From Spirochaetia bacterium (lineage in GTDB: Bacteria; Spirochaetota; Spirochaetia; SZUA-6; Bin103): DNA of 64,000 nucleotides. The stretch spans positions 192,001 through 256,000 of the forward strand of contig CBDATQ010000002.1 of assembly GCA_965199955.1 (NCBI GenBank). The letters run 5' to 3'. Shown here one piece after another: positions 30,845 through 41,700 of the stretch (position 1 is its first letter; every line of letters starts with the position of its first letter). Both the position numbers and the translations under genes were made by a program. The notes under the pieces are model-generated. The model searched no databases. It saw only the letters and a program-made list of their open reading frames with translations, and was not told the DNA's origin.

Positions 30845-31055
30845 TCAGGACGGCACGGGATAGACCTGAGGGAACGCGTCGCCGGTAAGTTGTCGGCCGT
30901 CTTGCACCTGGTCGTCCAGGGCCACCCACGCCGTGACCTGCACGTCCGGCGTGATGACCGGCCTCGCCGGTGCGTCCTGGTGCCAGTGCGTGGTGCCGCC
31001 GGTGCGCGGCGGCTTGTACTGCATCTGGTCGTGCCAGACGCGCAGCTCGCGCGCG
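30845..31055 (-). pseudogene. Collapsed PhyH-family dioxygenase remnant
   Basis: Hand translation LRVWHDQMQYKPPRTGGTTHWHQDAP..QVTAWVALDD joined directly to a C-terminal LTGDAFPQVYP; 12-bp direct repeat GTCAGGACGGCA at 30827 and 30844. Confidence 0.7.
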
Positions 31056-31252
31056 GGTGAGGTCGATCGCGGCTTCCGGCGGCCGCTCGATGCCCAGCAC
31101 GTCCCAGCGCTTGGGAAGCTTGTAGCAGTCCTGAACCATGGTATCGACGCCCGCGTCGGCGACGTCGCGATGGTGGACGGATCGCTGTCGAAGACGATGC
31201 GGCGCTCGCCGCGGGGGTGCAGGGCCGGAACGTCGGCACTCGCGGCGTGAGC

Positions 31253-32224
31253 CTATCCCGAGGTGGCGCTCAGAATCCGCCGCCGGTTCTGTTCGTCCTG
31301 CGCCTCGTAGTAGAGCCGAAAGCGCCCGTCGTCGAGGTCGATCACGCACGGTTCGGAAACCATGTTCACGTCCAGCGGCCGGTCCAGGTCGAGCAGCGGA
31401 CCGGGATCCCTGGTCCAGGCGAGGCCGTCCTGCGAGGAGGCGGCGAAGATGCCGCCGCGGATGTCGGTGGCCCAGGCGGCGAAGTACATGCGGTAGCGGA
31501 TCTCGGCCGGGTCGCCCAGACGGATCACCTCCGGCGCGTAGACCGACAGCGTGTCGCGCTTCTCGTCTTCCTGGGCGATGCGGACGCCCGGCTCGATCCG
31601 GAACGACAGTCCGTCATCGGAGATGGCGCTGATGATGTGATTGGGCGCGTCGAGCCCGGTGCGCCGGGGATGGGCATAGCTGTGGAAGTAAAGCCGGCAG
31701 CAGAGGCGGGAGGGATCCGACGGCGACTCGACGTAGATGCAGCGCGGCGAGCCGAACGACGCGTCCGGAGCGGCGGCGCGTACGCCGGGCTCGGGCTCCC
31801 AGGTCAGCCCGTCCGGGGAAACCGCGCTCTTGATCACGGTCGGCCGGTCGGGGCCGGCGGCCTCGAAGTACATGCGCCAGCCCCCGTCCGGCATGGGCAC
31901 GACGTCCGGACAGAGCACCCGCCGCGTCGCATCCGGCTCGTGAGCGTCCAGGCGCACGCCCGGCTCCTTGCGCCACGATGCGCCGTCGTCGGACACGGCG
32001 CTCAGGATGTAGCCGTTGGCGTCGGGCACCGCGCCGCCCGGCCCCCAGCCGGTGTAGTACAGCCGGTAGCCGCCTGCGGGCAGCCGCACCACGTTCGGAG
32101 TCAGGATGCTCAGTGAGTCCAGGGGCGAATCGGGGCCGATGCACGGCTCCGGGTCCTTCGTCCAGACGAGGCCGGGATCGAGCGCCTGGTAGTGCACGGC
32201 CCGGGTACTGTCGAAGCGTTCCAT
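31253..32224 (-). CDS. Five-bladed beta-propeller glycosidase-like protein (GH43/32/130-like)
   Basis: Repeated blades PNVV..YRLYY..ILSAVSDDG..W, PDVV..WRMYF..SAVSPDGLTW, PEVI..YRMYF..SQDGLAW. Confidence 0.7.
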   Translation of the reverse strand: MERFDSTRAVHYQALDPGLVWTKDPEPCIGPDSPLDSLSILTPNVVRLPAGGYRLYYTGWGPGGAVPDANGYILSAVSDDGASWRKEPGVRLDAHEPDATRRVLCPDVVPMPDGGWRMYFEAAGPDRPTVIKSAVSPDGLTWEPEPGVRAAAPDASFGSPRCIYVESPSDPSRLCCRLYFHSYAHPRRTGLDAPNHIISAISDDGLSFRIEPGVRIAQEDEKRDTLSVYAPEVIRLGDPAEIRYRMYFAAWATDIRGGIFAASSQDGLAWTRDPGPLLDLDRPLDVNMVSEPCVIDLDDGRFRLYYEAQDEQNRRRILSATSG

Positions 32225-32260
32225 CACGTCACCAAGGTACCACCTCGCATCAGCTACGGA

Positions 32261-32288
32261 TTGACATGCCAGCCAGGGAAGGGAAAAT
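32261..32288 (+). promoter_or_regulatory. Possible sigma70 promoter for the ABC substrate-binding gene
   Basis: TTGACA-16 nt-GAAAAT in the divergent intergenic region. Confidence 0.35.
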
Positions 32289-32347
32289 GGAGCATTCCAG
32301 AGATCGTCAACGGACGCCGAAGACTGACCGTCATCGCAAGGAGGAGG

Positions 32348-34306
32348 ATGATGAAGAAGTTCTTGCCCGTGACCGCGATATTGGCGTTGCTGGTTGCCTT
32401 TCCGGCCAGCAGCGAAGAGCACGTCGACCACGCCATCCCCTACAACCTCAGCGAGTACGAAGGGATGACGGGGACCACGCTGACCTTCAACGAGTCGCCG
32501 GCGCTGGCCGCGCTCGTCGCTCAGGGCAGTCTGCCTCCCATCGCCGAGCGGCTGCCGCTGGAACCGCTGGTGGTGCAGCCGGTCGACGGGATCGGCACGT
32601 ACGGCGGTACGCTGCGCCTTCCGAACACCGGCAAGGCCGCTACCAACTACATGATGGACTGGGGCTACGAGTTCCTGGTCTCGTACACCCCGGACATGGC
32701 GCGGCTGTTCCCCCGGCTGATCGAGGGCTGGGACGTCAGCGCGGACGGCATGACCTTCACGCTGCACCTGCGCGAGGGCATGAAATGGAGCGACGGCGCC
32801 CCGTTCACCGCCGACGACCTGATGTTCTACTTCGAGGACGTGGCGCTGAACACCGACCTCTCCCCGAGCCCCTCTTCCCGCATGCTGGTCGATGGGGTTC
32901 CCGGCGTGCCCTCGAAGATCGACGACTACACCTTCCAGATGACGTTCCACAAGCCGTTCGGGGTGTTCATCGAGAACCTGGCCCGCTGGCGGCCCAACAA
33001 CTATCTGCCCAAGCACTACCTTGAGCAGTTCCACCCCACCTACACCGAGATGGCCACGATCGAAGCGACCATGAAGGCGGAGGGTTACGACACCTGGGTC
33101 AACCTCTTCAACTCCAAGATGGGCGGCCACCTGGATGCCTGGGGCATGCCCGAACGGCCGGTCCTGATGGCGTGGATCGCACAGAACTCGGTCAGCGAAC
33201 CGGTGCAGGTCATGGAACGCAACCCCTACTACTTCATGATCGACACTGCCGGCAATCAGCTTCCTTACATCGACCGCATGGAGCGGGTGCTCACCGAGGA
33301 CAAGGAGGCCCTGCTGCTCAAGACCATCGCCGGCGAGTTCGACTACAACAGCTGCTTCGACTGGGGCTGTTTCCCCAACCATCAGCTCGTGCTCGACAAC
33401 ATGGAGCGCGGCGACTACCGCATCGAGCAGCACTGGTGGCCGCCGGACAACCAGGGCAACGTGCGCTTCAACTTCCATCACGAGGACCCGGTGCTGAACG
33501 CGTTGCTCAACGACAAGCGGTTCCGCGTCGCCCTTTCGCTCGCCATCAACCGCGAGGAAGCCAACAGCCTGGTGTTCAAGGGACTTGCCACGCCGACCCA
33601 CACCGGGCTCCCCGAGGGTCCTCCCTTTCACGGTGAGAACCTGTTCAAGAGCCACCTGGATTTCGATCCGGCCCAGGCCAACGCGCTGCTGGATGAGATC
33701 GGCACGATCTCGGACCGCGACGGCGACGGCTTCCGGTTGCGCTCCGACGGCGAGCGCCTGCGCCTGGTGAATACCATCAACGTGCTGTGGCCGGAGACCG
33801 TGGAGCTGGCCGAGCTGTACCGGAACTACTGGAAGGAACTCGGCATCGAGGTGGTCAGCAAGCCGATCGAACAGGGCATGGCGTCCGCGACGATCGAGTC
33901 CGGCCAGTACGACGTTTTCACCGCTACCGGACAGCACGGCGGCAGGCCGATGAATCCGCTGTTCCGCGCTTCGCTGGTGCCGATTTCCGAGCGCTGGGGA
34001 ACCGCGCCGCAGTGGGGTTCCTGGATCGTGAGCGGCGGTGAGAAGGGATCGGAACCGCCCGAGGACGTGAAGACCATCATGCGCCTGCGCGAAGAGGCGC
34101 TCGCCTCCGGCGACGAGCAGGTGAGAATCGCCAAGACCATCGAGATCGCCGAGATCTGGGACGACAACCTGTGGATGGTCGGCGGCTTCAACATGCCGAT
34201 GCAAGCGCAGTACTGGGTGGTCAACAACCGCATCAGGAACTGGCCCAGGAACAGCAACTACAACATCTGTTACGAGATGCTGGCGCCGATCTACATCGAC
34301 CAGTAG
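32348..34306 (+). CDS. ABC transporter family-5 substrate-binding protein
   Basis: Signal peptide, ESPALA..LPPIAERLP..GTYGGTLR, LREGMKWSDGAPFTADD, ERNPYY, RFRVALSLAINR; AGGAGG RBS. Confidence 0.92.
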   Translation: MMKKFLPVTAILALLVAFPASSEEHVDHAIPYNLSEYEGMTGTTLTFNESPALAALVAQGSLPPIAERLPLEPLVVQPVDGIGTYGGTLRLPNTGKAATNYMMDWGYEFLVSYTPDMARLFPRLIEGWDVSADGMTFTLHLREGMKWSDGAPFTADDLMFYFEDVALNTDLSPSPSSRMLVDGVPGVPSKIDDYTFQMTFHKPFGVFIENLARWRPNNYLPKHYLEQFHPTYTEMATIEATMKAEGYDTWVNLFNSKMGGHLDAWGMPERPVLMAWIAQNSVSEPVQVMERNPYYFMIDTAGNQLPYIDRMERVLTEDKEALLLKTIAGEFDYNSCFDWGCFPNHQLVLDNMERGDYRIEQHWWPPDNQGNVRFNFHHEDPVLNALLNDKRFRVALSLAINREEANSLVFKGLATPTHTGLPEGPPFHGENLFKSHLDFDPAQANALLDEIGTISDRDGDGFRLRSDGERLRLVNTINVLWPETVELAELYRNYWKELGIEVVSKPIEQGMASATIESGQYDVFTATGQHGGRPMNPLFRASLVPISERWGTAPQWGSWIVSGGEKGSEPPEDVKTIMRLREEALASGDEQVRIAKTIEIAEIWDDNLWMVGGFNMPMQAQYWVVNNRIRNWPRNSNYNICYEMLAPIYIDQ

Positions 34307-34315
34307 CGCTGAGGA

Positions 34316-34340
34316 GGGCTCCCCGGCCGGCGGGGAGCCC
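34316..34340 (+). other. Intercistronic GC stem-loop after the substrate-binding gene
   Basis: GGGCTCCCCG-GCCGG-CGGGGAGCCC (10-bp stem), no U tract. Confidence 0.55.
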
Positions 34341-34370
34341 CTCCCCACTGGCGGCCGGAGGCCCGCTTCG

Positions 34371-35381
34371 ATGCATGATGGCGCGGTGGCGAAGGACGAT
34401 GCGCTGCTCAGCGTACGCGATCTCAAGACGTACTTCTTCTCGCGCGAGGGCACGCTGAAGGCCGTCGACGGCGTGTCGTTCGACCTGCAACGCGGCGAGA
34501 CGCTCGGCATCGCCGGGGAGAGCGGCTGCGGCAAGAGCGTCACGGCGCAGTCCATCCTTCGCATCGTCCCGCGCAACGGCCGCATCGTGAGCGGCGAGAT
34601 CCTGCTGCGCACGGAAGCGGGCGTGGTGGATCTTGCCAAGCTGGACTGGAAGGGCAGGCAGGTACGGAGCATCCGCGGGGCCGAGGTGTCGATGGTGTTC
34701 CAGGAGCCGATGACCGCCTTCAGCCTGGTCTACACCATCGGCAACCAGATCATGGAGGCGATCCGCCTGCACCAGGAGTGCGACAAACGCACCGCGCGGG
34801 AGCGCGCCGTCGAGATGCTGCGGCGCGCCGGCATGCCGAACCCCGACCAGACCATCGACGCCTATCCCTTCGCCATCAGCGGCGGCATGCGGCAGCGGGC
34901 GATGATCGCCATGGCGCTCTCCTGCCATCCCAGCCTGCTGATCGCCGACGAGCCCACCACCGCGGTGGACGTGACGATCCAGGCCCAGGTCCTGGAGTTG
35001 ATGAAGGAGCTGCAGCACGAGCTGAACATGTCCCTTATCATCATCACCCACGACCTGGCGGTGATCGCCGAGCTGTGCGACCGGGTGATGGTCATGTACT
35101 TGGGACGGGACGTGGAGTCGGCGCCGGTGGAGACGATCTTCCGCGCTCCGAAACATCCCTACACGGTCGGCCTGCTGAACTCGATCCCGCGCCTGGGCGA
35201 GGGCTCGGCCCACGAGATCGAGGCGATCGGCGGCAGCGTCCCCAGCCCCTACGAAATGCCGGCCGGATGCCCGTTTCACCCCCGCTGTGCCCACGTCCTG
35301 GAGGATCGGTGTGCGCAGGCGTTCCCCAGCTCCGCGGAGGTGGGACCGGGCCACACCACGAGCTGCTACCTCTACCACTGA
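34371..35381 (+). CDS. Peptide/oligosaccharide ABC ATPase (OppD/DppD-like)
   Basis: [36 protein letters not shown]. Confidence 0.93.
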   Translation: MHDGAVAKDDALLSVRDLKTYFFSREGTLKAVDGVSFDLQRGETLGIAGESGCGKSVTAQSILRIVPRNGRIVSGEILLRTEAGVVDLAKLDWKGRQVRSIRGAEVSMVFQEPMTAFSLVYTIGNQIMEAIRLHQECDKRTARERAVEMLRRAGMPNPDQTIDAYPFAISGGMRQRAMIAMALSCHPSLLIADEPTTAVDVTIQAQVLELMKELQHELNMSLIIITHDLAVIAELCDRVMVMYLGRDVESAPVETIFRAPKHPYTVGLLNSIPRLGEGSAHEIEAIGGSVPSPYEMPAGCPFHPRCAHVLEDRCAQAFPSSAEVGPGHTTSCYLYH

Positions 35382-35389
35382 AGGCGCGC

Positions 35390-36472
35390 ATGGAGAGCGA
35401 GAAACTCCTCGAAGTCATCGCCCTGGTGAAGCACTTCCCGGTGACGCGGGGCCTGCTGCGCAGCACCGTCAACGTGGTACGCGCCGTGGACGGGATCAGC
35501 TTCTTCGTGCGCCGCGGCGAGGTCCTGGGGCTGGTCGGGGAGAGCGGCTGCGGCAAGACCACGACCGGCAGATGCATCATCCGCGCCCTGGACCCCACGT
35601 CCGGATCGGTCCGCTTCAGCGTCGACGGCGGCGACCCGATCGACGTCGCGAGCCTGGAGGAGGCGCAGCTCAAGAGCGTCTGGCGCCACATGAGCATGAT
35701 CTTCCAGGACCCCTACTCGTCGCTCAATCCGCGCATGAACATCCTGGAGACGGTGGGAGAGCCGTTGCTCACGCACGCCATCGTGCGCCGCAAGAACGAG
35801 CTCGAGGAGAGAGTGGCGCGGCTGCTGCGGGACGTCAGCCTCGATCCCGAGTACATGCGGCGCTATCCGCACGCCTTCTCAGGCGGCCAGCGGCAGAGGA
35901 TCGCGATAGCGCGGGCCCTGGCGCTGAGCCCGAGGTTCATCGTCGCCGACGAGCCGGTGTCAGCCCTCGACGTCTCCGTGCAGGCACAGATCCTCAAGCT
36001 GATGCAGGAATTGAAGCAGCGCTTCCACCTGACCTACCTGTTCATCGCCCACAACCTGGCGGTGGTGGAATACGTGAGTCAGCGCGTCGCCGTGATGTAC
36101 GTGGGGAAGGTCGTGGAGCTTGGCGACACCGACGAGATTTTCCTCCGTCCCCTGCACCCCTACACCGAGGCGCTGCTCTCCGCAGTGCCGAAGACGGAGC
36201 CGGAGTCTCGCCACGAGAGGCGGCGCATCGTCCTCACCGGTGACGTCGCCGACCCGGCCAACCCTCCGGCGGGCTGCTACTTCCATCCGCGCTGCCCGTA
36301 CGCGGAGGAGATCTGCAGGCGCGAGGAGCCGCCGCTCGTGAACCGCGGGGACCAGGCGGAACGCCCGCACTTCGTCGCCTGCCACTTCGCCGACAGCCTG
36401 TCGCTCGCCGGCATCAAGCGGGCGCAGCGCCGCACCCGGTACACGATCGGAGAGCACACAACCGGAACCTGA
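35390..36472 (+). CDS. Peptide/oligosaccharide ABC ATPase (OppF/DppF-like)
   Basis: [43 protein letters not shown]. Confidence 0.93.
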   Translation: MESEKLLEVIALVKHFPVTRGLLRSTVNVVRAVDGISFFVRRGEVLGLVGESGCGKTTTGRCIIRALDPTSGSVRFSVDGGDPIDVASLEEAQLKSVWRHMSMIFQDPYSSLNPRMNILETVGEPLLTHAIVRRKNELEERVARLLRDVSLDPEYMRRYPHAFSGGQRQRIAIARALALSPRFIVADEPVSALDVSVQAQILKLMQELKQRFHLTYLFIAHNLAVVEYVSQRVAVMYVGKVVELGDTDEIFLRPLHPYTEALLSAVPKTEPESRHERRRIVLTGDVADPANPPAGCYFHPRCPYAEEICRREEPPLVNRGDQAERPHFVACHFADSLSLAGIKRAQRRTRYTIGEHTTGT

Positions 36473-36493
36473 TTCGCCGGCCGGCAGGACCCG

Positions 36494-37945
36494 TCAGCGC
36501 GCAGCCGTGAAGCGAAAGCTGTACAGCTCGGCGTCCCGCAGGTGGAAGCGCAACGACACGGGAGTGTCCCGCAGCGCCCCCAGCGATCTGCCACCGGTCC
36601 AGCGCACCACGTGGCGCACGCTGTCCGTGCTGATGGGGACACACTCGCTGCTGCCGAACCCGGCCACGGCCGCGCCGTCGAGGTCCAGCACCTCCACCTT
36701 CACCAGGCCGCCGCGGGTACCGGCGTTCACCACCAGCGCGTCGTCGGCGACGATCAGGGGCCTGGTGGTGAGCGTTCCGCCGTCGGCGCCGGCGTCGAGC
36801 GAGACGAAGCCGTCCAGGCGCAGCCGGCCCAGGCCCAGCGCCCCGCCGCGGCGCGGCTCGTCGCTGCCCCACGGCTCCTTGTACCAGTAGGAGCCGTGGT
36901 CTCCATCGTGCCCGTCGTAGTAGATCAACACCTCGTCGCCGACCACGAGCGGCCGGCCGGCGGCATGGATGTAGCCGCAGTCGAAGCTCTCCTGAGGGCC
37001 GATCGGGATCAGCGGCATGCGGCTGAAGGCGCGCTCCCAGGCGACCCCGTCGCGGCTGTGCACCAGTTGTCCGTGAATGCCGCCGTAGTTGGTGCCGCCG
37101 GGCACCTTGCCGGTCACCCGGAACACCCACAGCACCCCCAGGTACATGCCGGCGTACGGGAACCCGCAGAGCCCGTAGAACTCGGTGTGGTGCCCGGGAC
37201 GGCCCAGGGTCCAGCCTTCGTCCTGATCGTCCGGGGCCAGAATCAGTTGCGGGTCGCTCCAATGCATGAAGTCGGGGCTGGTGCCGCGTCCCACCAGCCG
37301 GCGCCGGTGCCCCTCGTACTCGTCGTGCACCTTGGCGAAGCTGACGTACTGCCGCGCGCGTTCGTCGTAGATGGTGGGCGCAACGTCGCCGGTGATGGGC
37401 CACACCGGGTTGCCGGGCGCATCGGTCCACTGGATCCCGTCGGGCGAGAAGGCGGCCTGGTAGCCGCCGGTGACCCAGGCCAGCATCTTGTAGCGCCGCC
37501 GCGCGTCGGGCTCCCGGTCGGGGCCCGTGTGCACCACGCCCTGCAGCCAGCGTCCGCTGTCGATCGCGTTGCTGGGTTGCGACCCGCCGCACTCGATCAG
37601 CCCGAGATCGGGCTTGTCCCAGTTGATCCCGTCCGCGGAGGTGGCGTAGCAGGAGCGGATCTCGAACCGGGACTTGGCTCCCGGGGCGGCGCGGGCGTCC
37701 TGGTTGTCGCCGCACAGGTACCAGGTCTTGAACCGCTGCTCCTCCGCGTCCCAGAGCACGCTGGTGTACTCGATCGAGGTCCCCTCACAGGGGAGCTCGG
37801 GGCGCAGCACCGGGTTGGCCGGGTCCTTCTCCACCGCGTGCAGGCGCCGGGTGAGCCGCTCCGTCGTGGCGACCACGTGGTCGTCCACGAACAACTGCGA
37901 TTCCTCGCCCACGTTCAGGATGTCGGTCGTTGCGGGTCTCGGCAT
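36494..37945 (-). CDS. Beta-propeller glycosidase-like hypothetical protein
   Basis: QLFVDD, YATSADGINWDKP, SPDGIQW, SRDGVAW, RLDGFVSLDA. Confidence 0.65.
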   Translation of the reverse strand: MPRPATTDILNVGEESQLFVDDHVVATTERLTRRLHAVEKDPANPVLRPELPCEGTSIEYTSVLWDAEEQRFKTWYLCGDNQDARAAPGAKSRFEIRSCYATSADGINWDKPDLGLIECGGSQPSNAIDSGRWLQGVVHTGPDREPDARRRYKMLAWVTGGYQAAFSPDGIQWTDAPGNPVWPITGDVAPTIYDERARQYVSFAKVHDEYEGHRRRLVGRGTSPDFMHWSDPQLILAPDDQDEGWTLGRPGHHTEFYGLCGFPYAGMYLGVLWVFRVTGKVPGGTNYGGIHGQLVHSRDGVAWERAFSRMPLIPIGPQESFDCGYIHAAGRPLVVGDEVLIYYDGHDGDHGSYWYKEPWGSDEPRRGGALGLGRLRLDGFVSLDAGADGGTLTTRPLIVADDALVVNAGTRGGLVKVEVLDLDGAAVAGFGSSECVPISTDSVRHVVRWTGGRSLGALRDTPVSLRFHLRDAELYSFRFTAAR

Positions 37946-37961
37946 GTTCCTCCCTCCAGTT

Positions 37962-39107
37962 TCACACGGCCGTATAGGGATCCGCCGCGTCCCGCAGGCC
38001 GTCGCCCACGAAGTTGAACGCCAGGATCGCGACGATCACGAAGATGCTCGGCGTCAGCAGCCACGGGGCGTTGGCCAGCACCCGGATGTGCTGCGCTTCC
38101 TTGAGCAGCACGCCCCAACTGATCGCCGGCGGCTGCAGCCCCAGCCCGATGAAGCTGAGCGCTGTCTCGCCGATGATCATGCCCGGGATCGACAGCGTGA
38201 GCGAGGCGATGACGTAGCTGTAGAACGAGGGCAGCAGGTGGCGCGCGATGATGCGCCCCCTGCTGCAGCCGTTCAGCCGCGCCGCCTGCACGAAGTCTTC
38301 TTCTTTCAGCGACAGGAAGCGCCCCCGTACCACGCGGGCGAGGTCGGTCCAGCCGACCAGCGAGAGGATGATCACGATGCCGAAATAGACCTTGATGATC
38401 GACCAGTACGGCGGCAGCGCCAGGCTCAGCGCCATCCACAGCGGTAGCGTCGGGATCGAGCGAATGAACTCGATGATCCGCTGGATCGTCATGTCCGCCA
38501 GGCCTCCGAAGTACCCGGAGATGCCCCCGATCAGGATGCCCAGCACGAAGCTGATGGCGATGCCGACCAGCCCGATGGTGAGCGAGATTCTGCCGCCGTA
38601 GATGACGCGCGTCAGCAGGTCGCGCCCCATCTTGTCGGCGCCGAGCAGGAACAGGGTTCCTTCGCGTACGCCGAACAGATGAACGTGCGACTCGAACAGC
38701 CCCCACATTCGGTACGGATCGCCTTTCACGAAGAGTGCCAGCGGATGCCTGGCCGAGGTATCGACCTCGAACACCAGCGCCAGCCGTACCGGATCGACCT
38801 CGGACTTCAAACCGTACACGAACGGCCGCAGGTGCAGGCGTCCCTGGTCATCGATGAAGCGCAGCCGTTGCGGAGGGGCGTGCAGATACTTCGCGTCGTT
38901 GTGGTAGGGATCGTAGGGCGCCACGAACTCGGCGAAGACCACGACCAGGTAGAATACCCCCAGAATCACCAGGGCAATCACGGCCATCTTGTGACGCAGG
39001 AAGCGCCAGACCGTGAGCTGCAACTGGGACGCCACGACGTATCGTTGGTCCCGCGGAAGCCGTGTTTTTCGACGGCTTCGGGGGTCTCCCATGACCGTCT
39101 TGCTCAT
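37962..39107 (-). CDS. ABC permease (OppC/DppC-like)
   Basis: LLGADKMGRDL, EEDFVQAARLNG, ETALSFIGLG, FNFVGDGLRDAADP. Confidence 0.92.
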   Translation of the reverse strand: MSKTVMGDPRSRRKTRLPRDQRYVVASQLQLTVWRFLRHKMAVIALVILGVFYLVVVFAEFVAPYDPYHNDAKYLHAPPQRLRFIDDQGRLHLRPFVYGLKSEVDPVRLALVFEVDTSARHPLALFVKGDPYRMWGLFESHVHLFGVREGTLFLLGADKMGRDLLTRVIYGGRISLTIGLVGIAISFVLGILIGGISGYFGGLADMTIQRIIEFIRSIPTLPLWMALSLALPPYWSIIKVYFGIVIILSLVGWTDLARVVRGRFLSLKEEDFVQAARLNGCSRGRIIARHLLPSFYSYVIASLTLSIPGMIIGETALSFIGLGLQPPAISWGVLLKEAQHIRVLANAPWLLTPSIFVIVAILAFNFVGDGLRDAADPYTAV

Positions 39108-40090
39108 ACGGATCCGCGCACTCTCGGATCCAGGAACGCCAGCAGGATATCGGAGAGCAGCGTGCCGATCACGGTCAGTACGCTGAGCACGAAGACGATG
39201 CTCCCCGCCAGGAACATGTCCTGAAACCTCAGGGAAGTAAGGAATATGGGGGCGAGCGTCGGAATCCCGAGCACCATCGACGTCAGCAGCTCGCCGCTCA
39301 CCAGCGTCGGCAGCGTCCAGCCGAGCGTGCTGATCGCCGGGTTGATGGCGATGCGGAACGGATACTTGTACACCACCTTCTGCTCCGACAGGCCCTTGGA
39401 GCGGGCCACCATCACGTACTGCTTGTTGAGCTCGTCGAGCAGGTTTGCCCGCAGCGTACGGATCAGGAACGCGGTGCCCGCCGTGCCCACGATCAGGGCC
39501 GGCATCCACACGTGCTTGAGCAGATCGAGCAGCTTGGCGAAGCTCCACGGAGCAAGCTGATACTCCGGCGAGAACAAGCCCACGGCGACGTTGCCGGAGA
39601 GCTGATAGTAGCCCCAGAGGAGGACCAGAGCGAACAGGAAGTTGGGTATGGCAAGCCCCAGGAAACCGATCACGGTGAAGATGTAGTCGCGCGCCGAGTA
39701 TTGATGGACGGCCGAGATCATCCCCACCGGAAGCCCGACCAGGTAGACGATGAACAATGCCGCCAGCGAGATGGTGACGCTCCACGGCAGCCGTTCGAGG
39801 ATGAGCTCCGTTACCGGCCTGTTGTAGACCATGGAGAGGCCCATGTTGCCGCGGAGCATGCTGCGCAGCCACTTGAAGTACTGAACCGAGAGCGGTTGAT
39901 CCAGGCCCCAGCGCACCCGTAGCGCCTGCGCCTGGTCGTCGGCCACCTGCTCGCCGCGGGATTCGAGCTGGCCGATGTACACGGTGAGGAAGTCGCCCGG
40001 CGGTGCCTGAATGACGAGGAAGGCGACGATGGACACCGCCAGCAGCGTCGGAATGATGATCAGAACGCGCCGCAAGAGGTAGATCAGCAT
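39104..40090 (-). CDS. ABC permease (OppB/DppB-like)
   Basis: YLLRRVL, PPGD, GLDQPL..QYFKW..GNMG, YVMVARSKGL, SDILLAFLDPRVR. Confidence 0.92.
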   Translation of the reverse strand: MLIYLLRRVLIIIPTLLAVSIVAFLVIQAPPGDFLTVYIGQLESRGEQVADDQAQALRVRWGLDQPLSVQYFKWLRSMLRGNMGLSMVYNRPVTELILERLPWSVTISLAALFIVYLVGLPVGMISAVHQYSARDYIFTVIGFLGLAIPNFLFALVLLWGYYQLSGNVAVGLFSPEYQLAPWSFAKLLDLLKHVWMPALIVGTAGTAFLIRTLRANLLDELNKQYVMVARSKGLSEQKVVYKYPFRIAINPAISTLGWTLPTLVSGELLTSMVLGIPTLAPIFLTSLRFQDMFLAGSIVFVLSVLTVIGTLLSDILLAFLDPRVRGSV

Positions 40091-40388
40091 CCTCCACCAT
40101 GGTTTCGGGGCAGCAGATCATTGTCAACGGACGCACGACATCCGCCCGCAGCGCGCGGCTCCCGGCATCCGGGATTCACGGCGCCGCCTACCCGCCTGGA
40201 TTCGAGATCGTCGCCGACATCCCGTCGCCCGGTGCCTGGGGCATCGTCGTCCGCGCGCCCTGGCACAGTACGGCTACGACACCACCAAGTGGTAGCCTGA
40301 CCCCGGCTCGGATTAACCGGACACCATAGAGCGGCAGCGACGGCCCGATCTACTCGATGCTGCTGCTCGTCGTTGGCGCTGGTGTTGC

Positions 40389-41363
40389 AATTACGATACG
40401 TACGTTCGTGGCTGCAAGAACGGAGAGCTCAAAGTCGGGAGGATGTTCGTTACGCGGAATGAGGAGTTCTTCGGGCCGAGGTGGATCATCAATTTCCCTA
40501 CCAAGAAGGGATGGCGTGCCAATAGCAGACTGGAGTGGATCGAAGATGGTCTGCGGGATCTCGTCCGAACCATCGAGGAGAAGAGGATCAAGTCCATCGC
40601 GATTCCGCCCCTTGGGTGCGGCAATGGAGGTCTCGACTGGCACGACGTACGACCGCTGATCGAGGCTGCGATAGAAGGGATCGACGACCTCGAGGCAGTG
40701 GTCTACGAACCGACTGGAGAGTACCAGAACGTGGCGAAGCAGAGGGGTGTAGAGAAGCTGACACCGGCTCGGGCGCTGGTCGCGGAGATGGTGCGCCGCT
40801 ACTGCGTGATGGGAATCGATTGCTCGATCCTCGAAGTGCAGAAGCTCGCGTGGTTTCTCGAGCGAGGCTGCACTTTGCTCGCGGCAGGAGATCCGTTCAA
40901 GTTCGACTTCAAGGCTGACAAATACGGTCCGTACTCCGATAGGCTTCGAATGTTGCTCGACAACTTGGACGGCAGCTACCTGCGGTGCGAAAGGAGGCTC
41001 GCCGACGCGCGCCCGCGGGATCTGATCTGGTTCAACGAGGTCAAGAAAGATCTTGTGGCGGACTACCTGAGTACCGGCGACGGTCATGCATACGCTAGCG
41101 TGTTGGAGTGGACTTCCGTGACCATTGATGGCTTCGAGTCGCCTCTTGGCATGGAGCTATTGGCGACCGTTGATTGGCTGATACAAGAGGAAGGTGTGGA
41201 CCCGACGATCGCGAGGGTTCTGGAGGGGCTGCGCAATTGGCCGGCGGGTGCGAAGGCGGCCGAGCGCAAGGTGCGGATCCTCGATAGGCGACTGGTCGAC
41301 GTCGCGCTGCATCAACTCTCGCAAGTGGAAGAGAAGTCCTCGGTCAGACGGTTGGCTCCTTGA
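40389..41363 (+). pseudogene. darG: 5'-truncated DarG-like macrodomain antitoxin
   Basis: IINFPTK..W, SIAIPPLGCGNGGLDW, LEVQKLAWFL, YGPYS, IDGFESPLGMELLATVDW. Similarity extends upstream of ATG 40443 only to ~40389 (NYDTYVRGCKNGELKVGR). No darT present. Confidence 0.8.
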
Positions 41364-41451
41364 GAGTCTGCGGGTGGTGGGGGTTGGCTGCGGACTCAAG
41401 TCGCTGTGCTGATCCATTATGACGATTGAAGGCGCAACGCAGGCCGTACCG

Positions 41452-41691
41452 TCAAGCGCGGGCGATCTCGGCCTTGAGCGCGACTATCTCGCTTTCGATC
41501 TCCACGTCGTCCCGCAGTTCGCGGTCGGCGCGCCGGTACCAGTAGCCGGCGTTGGAGCGATCGCCCTCCATCAGGTGGACGATGCCGTGCGCCCAGCTCG
41601 CGAGCTGCGAGGAGTCTTTCTGGACGATGGTGTGAGCCGCCTGCCAGTCTCCGTCCTCGATCAACCGCACTGCATCGTCAAGGGTAGCCAT
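41452..41691 (-). CDS. Small conserved hypothetical protein
   Basis: WQAAHTIVQ..WAHGIVHLMEGDRSNAGYWYRRA; TAACAT 6 nt upstream of the ATG. Confidence 0.75.
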   Translation of the reverse strand: MATLDDAVRLIEDGDWQAAHTIVQKDSSQLASWAHGIVHLMEGDRSNAGYWYRRADRELRDDVEIESEIVALKAEIARA

Positions 41692-41700
41692 GAGCCGATG

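Noticed and set aside
31253..34672. 1139-aa ORF as one protein
   Set aside because: Only the last 323 aa look real; the rest is antisense to the ABC binding protein
40095..40385. Possible darT or small ORF upstream of darG
   Set aside because: No DarT-like motifs recognised in the listed ORFs, and too short
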